Source: Eledone cirrhosa
Taxonomy: Eukaryota
Reading direction: 5' to 3'
Assembly (NCBI GenBank): GCA_964016885.1
Contig: OZ024743.1
Location: 369,458,001-369,522,000 of the forward strand
DNA: 64,000 bases
Positions 56,814-64,000 of the stretch are shown in pieces; the stretch's first letter is position 1; each line of letters opens with the position of its first letter. The notes under the pieces were generated by a model. It did not search any database. It saw only the letters and a program-made list of their open reading frames with translations, and was not told the origin of the DNA. Made by a program: the position numbers and the translations under genes.

Positions 56814-59800
56814 TCATCATCATCATCATTTTATGTCCGCTTTTCCCTGCTTGCAAGGCTGGGATGGGTCTTATTCAGCACAGCATCTCTCTACTCGTCA
56901 CGGTCCTTCGTCATCTCCACCGTGAGCTTCAATGGTCTGAGGTCTGTTCTCACCACTTCCGCCCATGGTTTTCGTGGTTTACTTCTACCACGTCTTCCTT
57001 CAACTGGCATTTCCTGGTTCTTCTTCACCCATCGGTCATCCTCCATGCACATCACATGTCCATACCACCTCAGTCTCCTCTCCTGTACACTACATTCTAT
57101 CCCTCTCAGACACAGTTTCTCTCTCAACTTCATTTATGCTGGGTCATTCACGCACATTTACACTGCACATCCAACGGAGCATGCTTGCCTCATTTCTCTC
57201 CAGCCGTCGCATATCCTCTGCAGTTGCTGCCTATGTCTCACTACCGTGCAGCATCGCGCTCCTCACACAGGCATCATACAACCGGCCTTTCGTACGCAAG
57301 GAGAAACCCTTCTTTGTCAGCAGAGGAAGCAGCTCCCTAAACTTCTCCCAACCCGTCTTTATTCTAGATACTATGGCCTTGGAACACCCTCCTCCCATGC
57401 TAATCTGATCTCCTAGGTACCGGAAGCTATCCACCACTTCTATAGCGCCCTCCTGCATTTGAAAAATGTGTCCATCAATGCGACTGTCTAATTTCCCTTT
57501 TCATCTACTGCATACATATTTCTCCCTACCTGTTAGTTTGCCTGCTGTCCCACTACATCTCCTGTGTACACAGGATCTGCATTGTGTGCATTTTATAGAA
57601 TTTATGCCAGTTCCTTTTCTGCATATCGAACATGGCCATTTCCCTGACGGAAATAGGGTTTTGTCCTCTTTTCTACTCATCAACAGTTTTGTCTTAGCTA
57701 GGTTCACTCTCAGTCCTCTTGCTTCCAACTGCTGTTTCCATAGCCAGAATTTATTCTCTAGCTCCTCTACTGATTCTGCTATAAGAACCAGATCGTCAGC
57801 ATAGAGAAGTTCCCACGGACAGCTAGTCTTAAACTCCTCTGTTATGGCTTGGAGGACTATAATGAACAAGAGTGGGCTGAGGACCGAACCCTGATGTACT
57901 CCTACTTGTATCTGGAATTCCTCACTAAACTCCATTCCTACCCTGACTTTACTGAGAGTACCTCTCTCTGTACAAAGTTTGCACTGTCCTCACAAGCCAT
58001 TCCTCAACACCTAGTTTCCTTAGGGACCACCAGATGACAGATCTGGGTACGCTATCAAAGGCCTTCTCTAGGTCAACAAAGGCTAAGTATAGTGGCTTAT
58101 TCTTCTCTAAGAACCTCTCTTGCAATTGTCTCACCAAGAAGAGGGCATCTGTTGTACTGTTCCCAGGCACAAAACCAAACTGCATCTCATCTAGTTTGGC
58201 CCTTTCTCTAATTAGTTGTGCTAAAATCCTTTCTGCCTCTTTCATAACCTGATCTATCAGTTTTATACCCCTATAATTGCTCCTCTCCAGAGCATCCCTT
58301 TACCTTTGTAGCAATTTATGAGAATACTGCTGCACCAGTCTTTGGGTATGACACCACCATATATAGCCTGATTGATGATGCGTGCAACAAGTTTAGTGCC
58401 TACGTCCCCTGATGCCTTCAGCATCTCAGCAAATATTCCCGATGGTCCGGCAGCCTTACCATTTTCCATTTCCGTAATCGCCTCTTTGACCCTATATTCG
58501 TCAATCTCAATAGCTGGTCCTTCTGTCGGATCTACCAAGGGTAATTTCTCTCTCTCCCATTTGTTCTCCACATTCATCAGTCTCTCATAATGACATTTCC
58601 AGGCCTCCTTTTTCTGATCATTCGTGACACTAAGTACACCGGCATCATCCCGGACACATTTATCTCCAATAACATCCTGATTTGCATTGACACACTGCCT
58701 TGCAATGTGAAACACCGCACGCCTCTGATCTTCCCGTCACAGAACATTGGCAAACCTCCTACTCTCCGCCTCCCTGCGTGCTACGTACACCCGACGTCTA
58801 GCTTCTCTCTTAGTGGCTGTATATTCTTCCCTACTCCCACCCTTTTTCCAAGCCTTCCATGCTAGTCTTTTGTCTCTAATGGCCTTATCTACTGTGCTGT
58901 TCCACCACCATGTCACTCTCTGTCTGGTTGGAACTCTGCTCCAGCCGCAAGTTGTCACGTAAGAAATTCCAGTTATTATCTATGTCATACGTCTCTAAAT
59001 CGACTTCTTTTTCGTCATATACATCTTGAAGGGCTTTCCTAAATTTGTATTTTAGTGAAAGGTCTTTTAGCTTCCTGACCTTTCTACTCCACACCTTCCA
59101 GTATGTCTCATTCCATCTCTTGCTTACTGAGATTACACTAACGACTAACCTATGCTGTAGGGTACATTCTTCCCCAGGGTATGCCTTGGTATTAGACGCT
59201 ATCTGCCTGTCCCACTGTCTAATTAGTAAGAAGTCAATGTGGCTTATGTGCTCACCAGATTTGTAGGTTTTTAGGTGATTGGCAGGTTTCTGTAAGTTTG
59301 TGCTTCAAATAGTCAATGTACCTGCATCACAAAATTCAAGAAGTCTCACTCCTTCTTCATTTCTTGAGCCGTAACCGTGCCCTCCATGTACCTCAGTGTA
59401 ACCATCCTGGAGCTGTCCAACATGACCATTGAAGTCCCCTGCTAGCATAACGATGTCTCCGTCCTCTGTCATTTAGGCTGTTTGTAAAAGTTGCTTGTAA
59501 AAGCAGTCTTTCTCTTCTTTACCCAGGCCTGCTTGGGGAGTATAGGCAGAGATGATTGTCAGTAGTCTCCTGCTTACAACTAATCTAAGCTTAATTATTC
59601 TATTATTAACTCGAACTACCTCTATTGTCTTATTGATCCATTTCTCAGCCAGGAAAATGCCTACTCCCCCTAACCCATCATCCTTACCTACCCAGAAGAC
59701 CTTATAGCTAAGACGTTTGCCTACGACTAGTCTCGCAGAGGCACCTCTCCATCTCAGCTCTTGCACGCAGCACACATCCACATGCCTTCTCTCCAGCATC

Positions 59801-60075
59801 TCCGCTATTTCAGCAAATCTACCTCTGAGAGTGCCAACATTAAGTGTTGCAACTCTGAGATGCGACGTCTTCATATTTTGTTGTTGTTCCTATGCTGTTT
59901 TGTTGCTGTGCTGATAAGCGTTTTGGCATTGATACACTGGTTGGATGCCCTTCCTAACACCAGCGCCACTTTACAGCATGGACTGGGGGCTTTTATTTGT
60001 GCCACCAACACTAGAGAGGATGTCTTACTAGACTCAAGGGCCCTCTCTACCCCTCCATTTTACAGCATGGCCATT
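56814..60075 (-). mobile_element. Near-full-length RTE-clade LINE (APE + RT, multiply frameshifted)
   Basis: APE start MKTSHLRVATLNVGTL...VCCVQELRW (59874). RT motifs GKAAGPSG, QFGFVPG, FVDLEKAFDSVPR, GVHQGSVLSPLLF, LLYADDLV, FRYLG and RRLRWYGHV. (ATG)n tail at 56814. Confidence 0.95.
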
Positions 60076-60129
60076 AAAAAAAAAAACAAAAAAAACTTAT
60101 ACTATATATATATATACTGTATATATATA

Positions 60130-60164
<35 letters not shown>

Positions 60165-60214
60165 ATATATATACTATATATATATATATATACTATATAT
60201 ATATATACTATATA

Positions 60215-61348
60215 TACTCTTTTACTCTTTTACCTGTTTCAGCCATCCGGCTGAGGCCATGCTGGGGCACCGCCCTTGTTGCTACACATTTTATCTCCAG
60301 CCTGTATAGGTTGGCCACTGGTGTAGGAGGGAGTTTGTTGCTGCTGCCCTTAGGTTTCCCTCGTGTCTTGCTGTGGGCTCATCCGGGATCCTGGATAACA
60401 AGGTGTCGAGATGTTTCTTAAAGACATCCACCTCCACGTCATGCAAGTCTCGCAGATCCCTCGGCAGCCTGTTGAAGAGTTGAGGGCCCTTGAATCCCAG
60501 GCTATTGCAATACCTGCTCCTTATTCTAGATGTGGAAGACGGGACCTTAGGCACCACACAGTGACGTCCTGTTCGACGGTTGGTCCAGCTCCCAATGCCA
60601 AAGTTTGGTGCTAGTCCCTCCAGGATTTTCCACATGTAGATCACTGCGTATCTCTCCCGTCTTCGCTCCAAGGAGTAGAGGTTCAGTTCCTTCAGCCTCT
60701 CCCAGTAGCTTGTCTCCCTCATCTTGGCAATCCTCTTGGTGTAGCTTCGCTGGATTGCCTCAAGCTCTGTGGTTAGTTTGACACTATGGGGTGACCACAG
60801 CTGGGAGCAGTAGTCCAGGCGGCTTAGGACAAAAGTCCTCCACAGTGTCAACATGGTGTCTCGATCTCTTGTAAGGAAAGTCCTCAAGATCCAGCCAGCG
60901 AATCGTCTACATGCTGTCGCCACCTTCATGATGTGTGAAGAAAAAGATGCATCATCGCTCATGTCTATGCCCAGGTCTCGTATCGATTTTGACACGGGGA
61001 TATCGGTCCCTCCTGGTCCTGTGTAGCTGTGTTCCGCTATATTTGTGTTTGTGTTTGCAGGTTTGTATTGTAGGGCTTGGAATTTGCCAGCATTAAACTG
61101 CATGTTGTTTTCTTCCGCCCATCTGTATATGGCATCCAGATCCTGCTGTAAGAGGGCAGCGTCAGCCGGGTTTTTGATTGCCTGTGCTACCTTAGTGTCA
61201 TCAGCATAGCTAGTGAGGGATGTTGTTGCATGCACCACAGAGGGCATGTCCGAGAGAGCCACCAAAAACATTAGTGGTCCCAGGACTGTCCCCTGAGGCA
61301 CCCCACTTGTTATCAGTGTTTCCCTCGAGAGGGCCCCATTTGCTGCCA
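60215..61348 (-). mobile_element. Young 5'-truncated CR1-group LINE with an uninterrupted 352-codon RT C-terminal ORF
   Basis: [55 protein letters not shown]. Short 3' UTR ending (GTAAAAGA)n; TA arrays on both sides. Confidence 0.9.
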
Positions 61349-61594
61349 TATATATATTTATATTTATATATATATATATATACTATATACTATATTGATA
61401 TATTTATATATATATACTTATATATATATATATATTTATATATATTTATATTTATATATATATATTTATATATATTTATATATATTTATATATATTTATA
61501 TATATATATTTATATATATTTATATTTATATATTTATATTTATATATTTATATTTATATATATATATATTTATATATATATATATTTATATATA

Positions 61595-61633
<39 letters not shown>

Positions 61634-61646
61634 CTATATATATATT

Positions 61647-61682
<36 letters not shown>

Positions 61683-61694
61683 TATATATATATT

Positions 61695-61727
<33 letters not shown>

Positions 61728-61762
61728 ATATATATACTATATACTATATAGATATATTTATA

Positions 61763-61809
<47 letters not shown>

Positions 61810-61821
61810 TTTATAGAAGGA

Positions 61822-61870
61822 GCTTCTACAGGACCAGTACTGTTTCATTCAGATGAAATCTTCAGGAAGC
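61822..61870 (-). ncRNA. Solo type I hammerhead ribozyme motif in a ~65-bp island within (TA)n
   Basis: Minus strand: GCTTC-CTGAAGA-TTTCAtcTGAAT-GAAA-CAGtactggtcCTGT-A-GAAGC. 5-bp stem I, 4-bp stem III, GUA site. Confidence 0.8.
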
Positions 61871-61933
61871 ACACACATATATATATATTTATATATATAT
61901 ATATTTATATATATATTTATATATATATATATT

Positions 61934-61982
<49 letters not shown>

Positions 61983-61997
61983 ATTTATATATATATA

Positions 61998-62271
61998 TCA
62001 TCATCATCATCATCATCATCAACGTTTAACGTCCGTGTTCCACGCTTGCATGGGTTTGGACGGGGGTAGTCCCACTTGAGGCAAGAGTGATTGTCTTGCT
62101 CGCATAGGACTGTCTGGCAGGTTTTCTACAGTTGGATGCCCTTCCTAACACCAACCACATTTACAGTGTGGGTCTGGGAGGTTTTTACCATGTTGCCTAC
62201 ACGACCACATTACAGCGTGGACTGTGTGTTTTTTTGTCGTGACACCTACACGATCTCATTTGTTTCGGCCT
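61998..62271 (-). mobile_element. RTE 3'-UTR-only copy in (TA)n, nearly identical to 52435-52710
   Basis: (ATG)n tail and colinear near-identity with the 52435 copy. Confidence 0.9.
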
Positions 62272-62291
62272 GGATTATTTATATATATATT

Positions 62292-62574
<283 letters not shown>

Positions 62575-62577
62575 ATT

Positions 62578-62682
<105 letters not shown>

Positions 62683-62753
62683 ATATTTATATATATTTAT
62701 ATATATTTATATATATATATATTTATATATATATATTTATATATATATATATT

Positions 62754-62942
<189 letters not shown>

Positions 62943-64000
62943 ACTATATGTATGTATGTAACTTGGAAACTCTGTTGAAATGGTATGTATCAGCCATTAA
63001 TTGTAAACTGTGTTAAAAAATTCTATGTATGATGAGAAATTTCGGATAAAGGGAATTAATAACTGGAGTACAATGAGACGGGTGAGTGGAGGAAAGAAGA
63101 AATGAAGCCATCTTTGTGTTCAGGGAAAAAAAAAAGTTGTACTCTTGTAAAAAGTGGTCTTGGTATAATATCCAAAAATTTTTTTGACGAATTACATGTG
63201 ATTTGTTTTTTCTTTTTCTTCACATACCATTATTATAGGGACATTTTTCTTAAAGCCAGTCTTTTATAAGTTTCCGTTTCTATTATCCTACCCTCATGTA
63301 ATTAGTAACAGGGGAAAAAAATAAAAGGAGATACAAGTGTGAAGGAGATGAAAACATACTTAGAGTATGTATGTTTGAGAATGGAACCAGCAGAGAAGAA
63401 TAGCTAATAATAGTTCTTACGTCAACCAAACTACTCCGAACGGCTACTGTTTTTGTTCTTAACATTGCTTCACACCTCATTAAGAGAACATTGTCTAATT
63501 TTATGAAATGACTGCACAAAATGCTAATAGTTGGAAATCAGAGCCACCATCAAGCACACACGCACACAAAAGCACTTAACGCTTCATTAAATAAGGAAAG
63601 ACCGAGAAATAATTTTAAAAAATTTATTATTCAGACAAAAAGCGAAATATTATAAATATAATTTATATTCATAGCTAAGCTACTTACTCTTCCGCCCGTA
63701 ACTGATACAGCATTTAGTATAATAGAATGTTTTACAAAGCTATTCTTTATGAGAGTGGCATGGTAAGAGAGCTGAGAATCACTGACATAACAGCAAAATG
63801 GTACAAGCAGAAGGAATTTAAGGTGATGGATAGAATGTGAAGAATGAGTTGGAAAGGAGGTCGGACAGTTATTAAAACACGAGTATAATGAATGAATGGA
63901 CAGCACAGAATGAAAAACATATATATCAAAGACAAATAAATTAAGGCGTTGTTTTATATAATGAACGTTGTACACACAATATATGCTTCAATAGATCTAA

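Noticed and set aside
63283-63975. Minus-strand ORFs and donor-like GTAAG sites near the window end
   Set aside because: No recognisable protein similarity or coherent exon structure from sequence alone.

Overview
AT-rich eukaryotic repeat DNA with no confidently identifiable host gene. SINE, RTE and microsatellite content suggests a mollusc, probably a cephalopod (inference). The window holds RTE-clade LINEs (one near full length with APE+RT at ~56.8-60.1 kb), CR1-group fragments, CRE-like RLE fragments, a Penelope-like (PLE) RT/GIY-YIG remnant, a Helitron Rep remnant beside degenerate TTAGGG repeats, a deleted mariner, two MITEs, many tRNA-derived SINEs and very long interrupted (TA)n arrays (33-63 kb). 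The Y/I-rich ORFs are microsatellite artefacts. The main signal is a set of sequence-unrelated minimal type I hammerhead ribozyme motifs (CUGANGA-stem II-GAAA-short, mostly palindromic stem III-NUH-stem I). Three sit in long inverted repeats whose symmetry breakpoint falls at the ribozyme's 5' edge (4957-5151, 42612-43016, 54503-54760). One is in a retrozyme-like 467-bp tandem dimer (39794-40656), and others are solo or degenerate (61822-61870, 15998-16047, 1075-1110). Most of these, and all the young LINE copies, are inserted directly in (TA)n tracts. Folds were assigned by eye, and no activity can be shown from sequence.
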